Below are positions 15,247-24,300 of a DNA stretch of 64,000 bases, piece by piece. Made by a program: the position numbers and the translations under genes. How positions within the stretch are numbered: position 1 is the first letter of the stretch; each line of letters opens with the position of its first letter. The notes below the pieces were generated by a model. It saw only the letters and a list, made by a program, of their open reading frames with translations, had not been told where the DNA came from and did no database searches. This stretch comes from Spirochaetaceae bacterium. Lineage in GTDB: Bacteria > Spirochaetota > Spirochaetia > DSM-2461. The stretch spans positions 529,736 through 593,735 of the forward strand of contig OZ245056.1 of assembly GCA_965224705.1 (NCBI GenBank), written 5' to 3'.

Positions 15247-18200
15247 CGGGCATAATCCGGTTGTGAAAGAGTTCCTTCAATTGACTTCCACCAGCCCCTT
15301 TGTAGGGAGGCAGGGTTTGTCCGGCCAGATATTCTTTGGTTTCCTTTTGCCAGGCATCCTCATTTTTCTTTTTATCCCCGTCAAACCGTCTCTTACACAA
15401 GGGGTCTTCCCTGAAAAGTTTGATCAAATCAAATTCCGTGTTATCTTTGGCAAGTTCGAGTTTTATCATCGGACGGGTATTGTTGGGAATTAGAAAAAAG
15501 ATTCTCGCTATGCCCTCGGGAAGTGGTTTTTTGGCGGCATCAAGTTCATACCATTTTTCAGGGTCAATAGCTTCCCCTGCCTGAAATTTATCATCGGAAA
15601 GTTTGACAAAACTACCGGATATGCCCCAGGAAGACATTTGCGTACCCAATTTACCATCGGCAGTGAAGACGGGTATTCCAATCTTGTTATCAACAGAACG
15701 GGAGTCCGAATCGTTGACAATCTGAAAGATGGTTTTTCCCTCCCAGGTCTGCCGTCGAAGCATGTACTTACCTTCGGATGTCAAAATCGGCAGGGAAAAC
15801 ACCTTGCGGACCTTCTGATGGGGGTGTTTTTTACTATTTACGCGGAAGTAGCTTCGCAGAAAGGTGCCAAAGTCTTTATCGTCACGATGTTTTTCCCATT
15901 CTTTTTTAAGATTTATCCAGCTTTGACGCTGGGGGATGGTGATGGCTGTTCCATTGGATGGAAATTTAGTCTGGAAGTTTTTTTTATTGGCTATTGTAGC
16001 AAAGAGGTTTTTTTTCTTTTCCTTTTTTTCTTCTTGCAGAGTAAGTTTACGCTTCTCTGTGCGATAACCCAGGCCGGAATAGCAGAATTTAGCAAAGCCA
16101 TCAAAGGGGACTCCCGTTTTTGTATTGTGTTTTTCCATCCAGTACTTATGCAGCTTCAGTTTATCGATGGTCAGGGTTATACAGCCGCCGGTTTTGATTT
16201 TGGGGATATTGACCAGCCAGTCATATAGCTCACCCAGCGACTTGAATGGAGGGGGTGTTTCCGGATAGTGTACGCGCTGTTTCAAAAGGGGCAGCAGCCG
16301 GTTGAGGAAATCTATCTTGGGAGATTTCCACTGACCGGAATTTGTCCAGTCGAAACCGGCCTTGACGCTAATCTTTCCATCTTTTTCCTTTTTCATCAGA
16401 ACAGGCAGGTAATGGTCGCCGTACATGGTGTCTCTGGTGTAGGCCCTGTGTCGGGTGAACTCTTCCCTCGGCTTTCTTCGACTTAGAGCGATGACTGAAA
16501 AATCAGCAGAATCCGCACGAACCAGAGTATCGGTAAACAGGTTTTCGCGGGAGACTTCGCCGGTTTTCCTGTTGACGGGAAAAAGGCCTCTGTCTTCAGA
16601 AAAAACAAGTTGAAGACTGCCCTCCCTCTTGTGGCGGTCCGCTGTCAGCAGAAAGGCCATCTGGGCATCCAGAAGATGGGAGTAGGATTCTTGTTTCTGC
16701 TCCGGTGCCTTGGCATACTTCTCTATTTCATCGTCCATGAATTCATATAGTTTTCTAAGGTCCTTTATGCCGTCTCCCTTGGAGTTGCTCACCGCCTCCA
16801 CGCCAAAGTAGTCAAAATCAATCAGTTCTTGCCTGCCCAGGGAAAGGGCTTTTTTATAAAACGCATTGGCCAAAATCTCGGCGAAGTAGCGCTGGGTGCC
16901 GTTTACCAATGCCCGGCTTCTGTTGTCTATGGCCTGGAGTACCGCCTTCTTGAGAGGATGCTCATTGCCCAGAAACAGGGCATGGCGAAAGGCCTTTTGC
17001 TGCTCCTCCTCCAAATTGACAAAGTTCTTATATCGTCCAAACTTAAACTGCCCTCTGTCCGCATCCCAGATTGTTTCGACAATCTTTTTTTCTATCACCC
17101 CATCGTCGGCGGTGTCAAAGATTTTCTGCTTGTAATGAGTATGAAGGTTTGAAAGGGTGTAGAATCGCTCCAGCTTGTCGTTGTTTCCCTTCTTGCTGGC
17201 ATAGATGAGATTGGCCTCATCATTGAGGGTGCCGTATCTGGATGATCGGGGAATAATGTGGTCCAGTTCGCCATCGTTTCCAGCGAGGCTCCCCGTGTAG
17301 GGGCATATTCCCCCTCCCGCAGCCTGGATTCTTTTTTCCTTGTCTTCTATCGTGGGTGCTTTTCCTGCGTCTTTTTTGCTAGATTTTTTTTTGGCTTTAT
17401 CCCCCTTAATCGTTCGCAGGGATGGTTCAAATTCAAAGCGGTTGGATTCGGTGATAATGGGAACCCGAACACGGGTTCCCTGTGCCAGAGACTTTTGGAT
17501 GCGGGGCCATTGATCTTCGGCTATCTGTTTGGTCAGGATTCTGGTCATCCGCATAACGCCCCCATCTATCAAGCGGGTGGGAATGGCCGGAAGACGCTGA
17601 GCTTTGGCTCCCATGTCGTCCTGCTGCTCGATGCTCTCCATTCTATAGCTGTTATCCATGCTGCAAACCGGGCAGGTATTGGAGTTTCCCGTTCGGCCCG
17701 TAAAAACAATGTTGTATATCTGGGCAAAGGAAAAAACCGATTCAAACTTTTTTACTCTGGCTTCGGTTTCTTCCGACTTTCCAAACAGTTTTTCTCCAAT
17801 TTTTTTACTGAATTTGATTGAGTTATCGCGGAGGGCCGTTAGCTTCTTATCCTTACCCATGGCAATACGAACTCCCAGATACCCCTTGTGATCCTTTTGA
17901 GCCTCGGCGCATTTTTTGCAATGGTCTTTCATTTTGAAATCCTTGATCCACTCCAGCAGCTCATCATCGCTGCTGGATCCGATTTTATCTTTCAGGAAAT
18001 CCGGGTTCACCTGCAGAACACCGGCCAAGTCATGAAACATCTGGTAGCGTTTTTGCCGGGGTTTGTGGTTGCAGTAGATCAGCAGTTTGCCAGTGTTATC
18101 GAAGCGGGTGGTTCTTTCATAACCCCTTTTACCGTTGTGTTTGTATTCGGGATGGATAAAAATCCGCCCATCCCTGGCCCGCTGCCGCATTTTGTAATAC

Positions 18201-20053
18201 CGGCAGACAAAGTGGAGAAATTCGCCGTTGGGAAAAATATCATCGCGGTTAAAGTCAGGCTTGGTTTTCAGTAAATCCGGGAGGCGGCTTTCTTCTATGG
18301 CTTCGGCCAGTTCTTTCCGTACATCTTTAGCTGATTTTTCCTGGCGTATTTTCTTTGTGCGGCTGTAGATTTCATTGAGCTTCAGGGGGTCGGAGGCCTT
18401 GCTCCGATCCAATATAAAGTGTAGCACTCTGGCATCCAGGTCAGCCATATTTCTTTTCTGGGAGTCCGTGCGCAACTCGCCGGAAAATTCTCCGGTATAA
18501 TATGGCTTGCCCTTGCTGCTTTGCAGCTTTTCCAGTCTATCCCGGAAGTTTCCCAGATACTCCACTGCCGCCTCTTCCAAAAGGGAGAGCCACTCTTTCC
18601 ACCGGGGGTATTTTTGGTCAAGAAACCCGGAATGGAGTATCAGGCTTTGACAGCGCGGCGGGCGGCGGTTGTTGTTATCCTGATAGGGGGGAATTGTGCT
18701 GATGGGCGCTTCGGTCATCCAGAAATCGACAATCCCGCCGCTGTGCTTCGTCCAGCGTTCTTTGAGGGCCTTGTAATCCTGCGGCTTTCCGGGCTGTTTT
18801 TCCCGGTCGGTATCCGGATTAACCCTCCATTCCCGCAGCAGCCACTTGTCAAAGCAGTTTGTCAGTCTGGCTTCATCCCAGAAATCACCGCCTCGGTGTG
18901 CTTTGTTATCGAAATACTTCCTCAGCGGCTTTAGTTCCAAATTGCTTATGTGGCCAATCAAGTTGGTCAGTTTTTCCGGGCTTGTTCCCGAGTACTTTCC
19001 CCCTTGCAGGCTGCTGCAAAACCGCTTGAGATACCCATGGGTATGATCCTTGCGGCTAAGAACTTCCAGCACCTCATCAAAGTACTTTTTGCGGTGCCGT
19101 CCGCCCGATACCAGCTCACCATGAACCTTATAGAGTGCGTAGGTCAGGTGGTGGATGTGCGACTTGTCGTACTCCTTTTCGTCGGGGTCGCTCAGATTGA
19201 GTTTGTCCATATCGCACGAAGATTCATCGAAATCCCACATTGAATCCTTGCGGGACTTTGTTTTGGCCGTGTAGTCCGGCACTGTGTCCCGTATCCGCTG
19301 TATCCGGTCCTGGTTTTCGGCTGCGTACTCGGTCATATTCATTGATTTGGCATCATTCGGTACTCCCTCCAGTCCCTGAACACCGGATTCAATCCACCTG
19401 TCGATAATCCAGCGGGAAAGCTGCTGCAGAGTTTTGCCTTTTTTATTCAGATCAACTCCGGAGGCATTATCCAATACCAGTTGGCAATACTCTTTAAGGA
19501 GCTTTGTTCTGCCGTAATACTGCAAGTCATCTTTACCCTCTTTGGCCTTTTTGACCTCTTTGCATAGTGCTTCCAGGGCTTCGCCGCATTTTTCCTGGTT
19601 GCCCGCAAGTTCTTGCAATACCCGGTCCAAATCTATGCGTCCCCCTTCTTCGGCATCCACCATGTTCTTGAAGTCACTGGGGAGTTTCGACCACACTTCC
19701 GCAGGAAAGCAGGAGAGCACGGACTTGTCGTATTCCTCGGTAAGAACACTGAATCCCCGGCGGTTCAGCAGAAATCCGATGCTTTGGGAAACATCCGCAT
19801 TCCAGGGAAGGCAAAGGTGCTTCTCCCAGATAAGCCGGAAGAGCCGTTTGGCCATTTGCCGCCGGTCCATTCCCCGGCGCTGATGCCGTGTGGCGGTACG
19901 GCCCACCATAAGCAGGGTGTAAGCATTTTTTTCCAGATTGTACACGGTTCCTGATCTTTCAATATTCCTGGCATCACTTCCGGCGGGGTAGTGCGCACTG
20001 TACACGCCGGTATGGGCGGCACCTAAGTCAATGGCTATGGGATTTATATTCAT
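15224..20053 (-). CDS. cas9: Type II-B Cas9 (1609 aa), FnCas9-like
   Basis: RuvC-I PIAIDLGAAHTGV, RuvC-II PIITESNRFEFEP, HNH ELDHIIPRS..NDEANLIYASKKGNNDK and RuvC-III SYSHLLDAQMAF. Many long blocks are colinear with F. novicida Cas9 as recalled (NLELKPLRKYF, TIPPYQDNNNRRPPRCQSLIL, YCNHKPRQKRYQ, AQRLPAIPTRL, VNGTQRYFAEILAN, IVNDSDSR). Confidence 0.97.
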   Translation of the reverse strand: MNINPIAIDLGAAHTGVYSAHYPAGSDARNIERSGTVYNLEKNAYTLLMVGRTATRHQRRGMDRRQMAKRLFRLIWEKHLCLPWNADVSQSIGFLLNRRGFSVLTEEYDKSVLSCFPAEVWSKLPSDFKNMVDAEEGGRIDLDRVLQELAGNQEKCGEALEALCKEVKKAKEGKDDLQYYGRTKLLKEYCQLVLDNASGVDLNKKGKTLQQLSRWIIDRWIESGVQGLEGVPNDAKSMNMTEYAAENQDRIQRIRDTVPDYTAKTKSRKDSMWDFDESSCDMDKLNLSDPDEKEYDKSHIHHLTYALYKVHGELVSGGRHRKKYFDEVLEVLSRKDHTHGYLKRFCSSLQGGKYSGTSPEKLTNLIGHISNLELKPLRKYFDNKAHRGGDFWDEARLTNCFDKWLLREWRVNPDTDREKQPGKPQDYKALKERWTKHSGGIVDFWMTEAPISTIPPYQDNNNRRPPRCQSLILHSGFLDQKYPRWKEWLSLLEEAAVEYLGNFRDRLEKLQSSKGKPYYTGEFSGELRTDSQKRNMADLDARVLHFILDRSKASDPLKLNEIYSRTKKIRQEKSAKDVRKELAEAIEESRLPDLLKTKPDFNRDDIFPNGEFLHFVCRYYKMRQRARDGRIFIHPEYKHNGKRGYERTTRFDNTGKLLIYCNHKPRQKRYQMFHDLAGVLQVNPDFLKDKIGSSSDDELLEWIKDFKMKDHCKKCAEAQKDHKGYLGVRIAMGKDKKLTALRDNSIKFSKKIGEKLFGKSEETEARVKKFESVFSFAQIYNIVFTGRTGNSNTCPVCSMDNSYRMESIEQQDDMGAKAQRLPAIPTRLIDGGVMRMTRILTKQIAEDQWPRIQKSLAQGTRVRVPIITESNRFEFEPSLRTIKGDKAKKKSSKKDAGKAPTIEDKEKRIQAAGGGICPYTGSLAGNDGELDHIIPRSSRYGTLNDEANLIYASKKGNNDKLERFYTLSNLHTHYKQKIFDTADDGVIEKKIVETIWDADRGQFKFGRYKNFVNLEEEQQKAFRHALFLGNEHPLKKAVLQAIDNRSRALVNGTQRYFAEILANAFYKKALSLGRQELIDFDYFGVEAVSNSKGDGIKDLRKLYEFMDDEIEKYAKAPEQKQESYSHLLDAQMAFLLTADRHKREGSLQLVFSEDRGLFPVNRKTGEVSRENLFTDTLVRADSADFSVIALSRRKPREEFTRHRAYTRDTMYGDHYLPVLMKKEKDGKISVKAGFDWTNSGQWKSPKIDFLNRLLPLLKQRVHYPETPPPFKSLGELYDWLVNIPKIKTGGCITLTIDKLKLHKYWMEKHNTKTGVPFDGFAKFCYSGLGYRTEKRKLTLQEEKKEKKKNLFATIANKKNFQTKFPSNGTAITIPQRQSWINLKKEWEKHRDDKDFGTFLRSYFRVNSKKHPHQKVRKVFSLPILTSEGKYMLRRQTWEGKTIFQIVNDSDSRSVDNKIGIPVFTADGKLGTQMSSWGISGSFVKLSDDKFQAGEAIDPEKWYELDAAKKPLPEGIARIFFLIPNNTRPMIKLELAKDNTEFDLIKLFREDPLCKRRFDGDKKKNEDAWQKETKEYLAGQTLPPYKGAGGSQLKELFHNRIMPDETSGDQ

Positions 20054-20059
20054 GGACTG

Positions 20060-20088
20060 AATATACTAAACGAAAAATACTATATCAA
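20060..20088 (-). promoter_or_regulatory. Candidate cas9 promoter (possibly giving a leaderless mRNA)
   Basis: On the minus strand: TTGATA (20088-20083), 17 nt, TATATT (20065-20060). The A of the cas9 ATG (20053) is the 7th nt after the -10. No Shine-Dalgarno is visible. Confidence 0.35.
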
Positions 20089-20169
20089 GGAATTCGATTT
20101 TCCCCAAACCACCATGGCTGCCCAATCAGCCAATTCCAGCCTTTTATCAACTAGTTTCCAGAAGGTATT
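20070..20169 (+). repeat. Dispersed repeat X, copy B (right flank of the CRISPR-cas module)
   Basis: ...ccatggctgcccaatcagccaattccagccttttatcaactagtttccagaaggtatt is a direct repeat of 9655-9758. Its left part overlaps the candidate cas9 promoter. Confidence 0.5.
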
Positions 20170-20201
20170 GCAAGTATTCGGAGTATAAGCTAATATGGGG
20201 C

Positions 20202-20781
20202 GTGGCTAGGATTACCATTCAGACTAAAGTCAGAGCACCTGTTGAAAAAGGTGTGGGACTTTTACACCGAGCCGAAGCATGTCAAGCACTGGGAGCCTGT
20301 CGAACTTACGTCTCACGGCTCGATTTTTGCCCTTTTTTCCCGCTACCGCGTTGCCAAAATGCTCACGTAGCCCAGCTACGCTCCGCTTTTGCCGCCTTGT
20401 ATCGGAAAAAAATCATCAAAAATCGCCTCGAAGCCTTAAAGTCCGACAGACTCCTGGAACAATGCAAGCGAAGACTGGCACACGCCGCAGGCCGAAAACG
20501 AGCTTGGACCCGGCGGAACATTTTCATACCGGATGGAAGCAAAGGACGAGAGCAGGGGCTTTGATTATACCGGGACCTTTGAAGATGTCGTCGCCTGCAA
20601 GTCGCTCAAATCAAGCCTCGCAGACGGGCGAAAGGTGGAGGCTTCTTTCTCCGGCGTTGGAGCCGAAACAACAGTCGTCGTCAGATTTGATCCCGACAAA
20701 CAGGTATCGGAAGACATGCAAAAAGCTGGCTGGCAGGCGATCCTGGACAACTTCAAAAAATATACGGAACAAGGAGTCTGA
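20202..20781 (+). pseudogene. SRPBCC/AHSA1-family gene disrupted by a MITE and an apparent 1-nt frameshift
   Basis: The N-terminus RITIQTKVRAPVEK continues in the +1 frame as VWDFYTEPKHVKHW (extra G near 20250). After the MITE it resumes as NNASEDWHTPQAENELGPGGTFSYRMEAKDESRGFDYTGTFEDV... Confidence 0.7.
20293..20453 (+). mobile_element. MITE, internally deleted variant (161 bp) with 4-bp TSD CTGG
   Basis: GAGCCTGTCGAACTT...AAGTCCGACAGACTC, flanked by CTGG (20289-20292 and 20454-20457). Removing it restores the codons K-H-W-N-N of the host gene. Confidence 0.7.
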
Positions 20782-20784
20782 TTT

Positions 20785-21210
20785 ATGAAGGTTAATCCCT
20801 ATCTCAATTTCCCCGGCAGCGCCGAAGAGGCTTTTACTTTTTATAAGTCCATCTTTGGGGGCGAGCCATCTGTGTTAAAGTTTAAGGATATGCCGCCCAT
20901 GGAAGGTGTTGAGATATCGAAGGAAGATGCGGAAAAAGTCATGCATATTTCCCTGCCATTGGGCAAGGACATTCTGCTGATGGCCTCCGACGTCCTGGAA
21001 TCGCTGGGACAGAGCTACAAAGAGGGCAATAATATCTCTGTTTCTTTGCACCCGGATTCAAAGGAAGAGGCCGACCGAATCTTTCAGAAGCTCTCTGAAG
21101 GAGCCGAGATTGAGATGCCTATAGAGGACCAGTTCTGGGGCGATTACTTCGGCTCCCTGAAGGACAAATTCGGTGTTCAATGGATGGTCAATTATAACGC
21201 CGAGTTTTAG
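20785..21210 (+). CDS. VOC (glyoxalase/PhnB-like) family protein
   Basis: 141 aa. MKVNPYLNFPGSAEEAFTFYKSIFGGE and the C-terminal FWGDYFGSLKDKFGVQWMVNY are typical of the PhnB/YjdN-like family. Confidence 0.8.
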   Translation: MKVNPYLNFPGSAEEAFTFYKSIFGGEPSVLKFKDMPPMEGVEISKEDAEKVMHISLPLGKDILLMASDVLESLGQSYKEGNNISVSLHPDSKEEADRIFQKLSEGAEIEMPIEDQFWGDYFGSLKDKFGVQWMVNYNAEF

Positions 21211-21391
21211 GGAACAAAAAGAATAAACTTGTAGATATTCTGTTATTGCGTCAGTAATAGCCGGAGCTGCTGAAAGCATACCTTTTTTATATACCATCTC
21301 TTCGCCCGCCATTCGGAGGTCTGGACATTTTCCTTACCATTCAGAGAATTGCGGAACGGGTAGATAGTCTTACCCTGATGATGCTTCCTTT

Positions 21392-24300
21392 TTAACTGAA
21401 CCCGTTATTTCCAGTTCCCCCCGTCAGGCAATGCCGTGACGGTACAAACTGGAACCCTTTAACGGCATCCAGGGAAGCGGCACCGTCTTTATGCCGCAGC
21501 CACACCCGCTGCCAGGCCAGTTCGGTACCCCGTAACCGGGTGTAACGGCCGTTTTCATCTATTTCCAGCGACCACCACTGCCCGTCAGGATTTGTGCTCA
21601 TAATACAGGAGGGAAGGGACCGGTCCAGGGCCCAGATAATCTGCGTACCATCATCGGAGCCGGAGGCCAGGAGGCGGCCATCAGGGCTGAATGCCACACT
21701 CCCAACCCAGTCGGCATACCCTTCCAGGACGCCTTCGCATTCACCTCTCGCACTCCACAGTCTCACCGTTCCGTCAGCGGAGCCGGAAGCCAGTCGACGG
21801 CCATCAGGGCTGAATGCCACACTCCAAACCCAACTGGCATGCCCTTCCAGGACGGCTTCGCAATCTCCTTCCGCGCTCCACAGTCTCAGCGTTTTGTCAG
21901 AGGAGCCCGAGGCCAGGCGGCGGCCATCAGGGCTGAATGCCACACTCAAAACACTAGAGGCATGCCCTTCCAGGACGGCCAGGCAATCTCCTTCCGCGCT
22001 CCACAGTCTCAGCGTTTTGTCAGAGGAGCCGGAGGCCAGGCGGCGGCCATCGGGGCTGAATGCCACACTAAAAACCAAAACAGAATGTCCTTCCAGGACG
22101 GCTTCGCATTCTCCTTCTACGCTCCATAGTCTCAGCGTACCGTCAAAGGAGCCGGAGACCAGGCGGCGACCATCAGGGCTGAATGCCACACTATTGACTT
22201 TATTGGAATGTCCTTCCAGGACGGCTTTGCATTCACCTTCTGCGCTCCACAGTCTCAGTGTACAGTCATTGGAACCGGAGGCCAGGAGGCGGCCATCGGG
22301 ACTGAATCCCACACTCAAAACCCTGGCGGAATGCCCTTCCAGGACGGTTTTGCATTCGCCTTCTGAGTTCCACAGTCTCACCGTTCCATCATCGGAGCCG
22401 GAAGCCAGGCGTCCATCGGGGCTGAATCCCACACTCCAAACACTAGCGGAAGTCCCTTCCAGGACGGCTTTGCATTCTCCTTCCACGCTCCACAGTCTCA
22501 CCGTTCCATCATCGGAGCCGGAGGCCAGACGGCGGCCATCGGGGCTGAATCCCACACTAGAGACTCCACCTCTATGCCCTTCCAGGACACCTTCGCATTC
22601 TCCTTCCGCGCTCCACAGTCTCACCGAAGCGTCATCGGAGCCGGAGACCATGAGGCGTCCATCGGGGCTGAATCCCACACTAGAGACTCCACCTCTATGC
22701 CCTTCCAGGACACCTTCGCATTCTCCTTCCGCGCTCCACAGTCTCACCGTTCCGTCAGAGGTACCGGAGGCCAGGAGGCGGCCATCGGGGCTGAATGCCA
22801 CACTCATAACCCAGTCGGAATGCCCTTCCAGGACGGCTTCGCATTCTCCTTCCGCGCTCCACAGTCTCACCGTTCCGTCAGAGGAGCCGGAGGCTAGGCG
22901 GTGGCCATCAGGGCTGAATCCCACACTCCATACCCAATTGGAATGCCCTTCCAGGACGACTTCGCATTCGCCTTCCGCACTCCACAGTCGCAGCGTACCG
23001 TCAAAGGAGCCGGAGGCCAGGCGGCGGCCATCGGGGCTGAATGCCACATTACAAACCCTATCGGAATGCCCTTTCAGGACGGCTTCGCATTCTCCTTGCG
23101 CGCTCCACAGTCTCAGCGTTTTGTCATCGGAGCCGGAGGCCAGGCGGTGTCCATCTGGGCTGAATGCCACACTTCTAACCCTATCGGAATGCCCTTTCAG
23201 GACGGCTTCGCATTCTCCTTGCGCGCTCCACAGTCTCAGCGTTTTGTCATCGGAGCCGGAGGCCAGGCGGCGGCCATCGGGGCTGAATGCTATACTATAA
23301 ATTCTACCTCTATGGCCCCATGTTATATGATTCTTCGCGTAGGGCAGGGGCGAGACAGGTGCCATAGGGCGACCCGGATATATCCGGCTTCCCCTTTTTG
23401 CAAAAAGTCCGGGAATCGGCCCCTTCGCATTGACACAGGTCAGCCTTTGAGCATCCTGCTTCCCTTCTGTTCTCGTAACCCGGCATTCTTCCCATACCGA
23501 TTGATTGATGTTCGTTTCGTTCAACTCCAGCTCATCAATGCGGCATTCCTGCCAGCGGCAGAGAAGCATTTGACAGCGGGTTAGTACCAGTTTCCGGGCA
23601 CCGATGCCCCGAAGCTTTTCGCCGGACATATCGGCACCGAAGACATGAACCTTTTCAAATGCTTCAAAAGGCTGGCCCTCCTCCGCCGCGGATCGGATAA
23701 TTCGGAGCAGCAGGGCATCCTGATGCGGTGAATGGGCACTCTTTTCCGGCCGGGCGGCATAGGCCGCAAGCTGTGCATGCAGTTTTTTCCGCTCGCCGTC
23801 CTTCAGTAGAACAAGGGCCTCTCCAATGAACTTTTCCGTCAGGCGGGAAACGGGTTTGGCCAGGGAATAACCATCCTGTATCCACTGTGAGAGCAGTTTC
23901 CGGGCCAGGAAATACTCCTGCATGGAGCTGTGGGTAAAACCGAATTCATCCTCGCCGAATCGGAGCAGCAGGGTGGAATTGCGCAGATCCTTTTCGAGCT
24001 GTTCGCTGCCCTCCGTCTCATACTGGGCAAACATATTCCTGTCTCTGCGCAGCCATGTCTGGTACCAGTCGTTCAAATTGTCTATGTTCATGCGCTGTTC
24101 ACTGTTCTTCCAAAAATACAGGGCCATATCCTGGAGCAAACGGTGCTTATGGCGGGGCTTAAGAACATGTTTACGATCGCGATCCATTACATCAGCGATA
24201 AGGGCTTCATAGAACACGGCGGCATTGACGGGAATACCCTCCGACTGTATGGACTGGATGGACGGAAGCAAATCGGGCAGTTTACTCAGCAGGAGGGGAC

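Noticed and set aside
21594-23300. 568-aa plus-strand ORF with a periodic PSGLNATL...SRT..HSPSALHSL sequence
   Set aside because: It is the antisense shadow of the 14 WD40 units. Its periodicity simply mirrors the 123-bp repeat, it has no independent start or RBS signal, and the minus-strand reading has unmistakable WD40/NACHT/TIR motifs.
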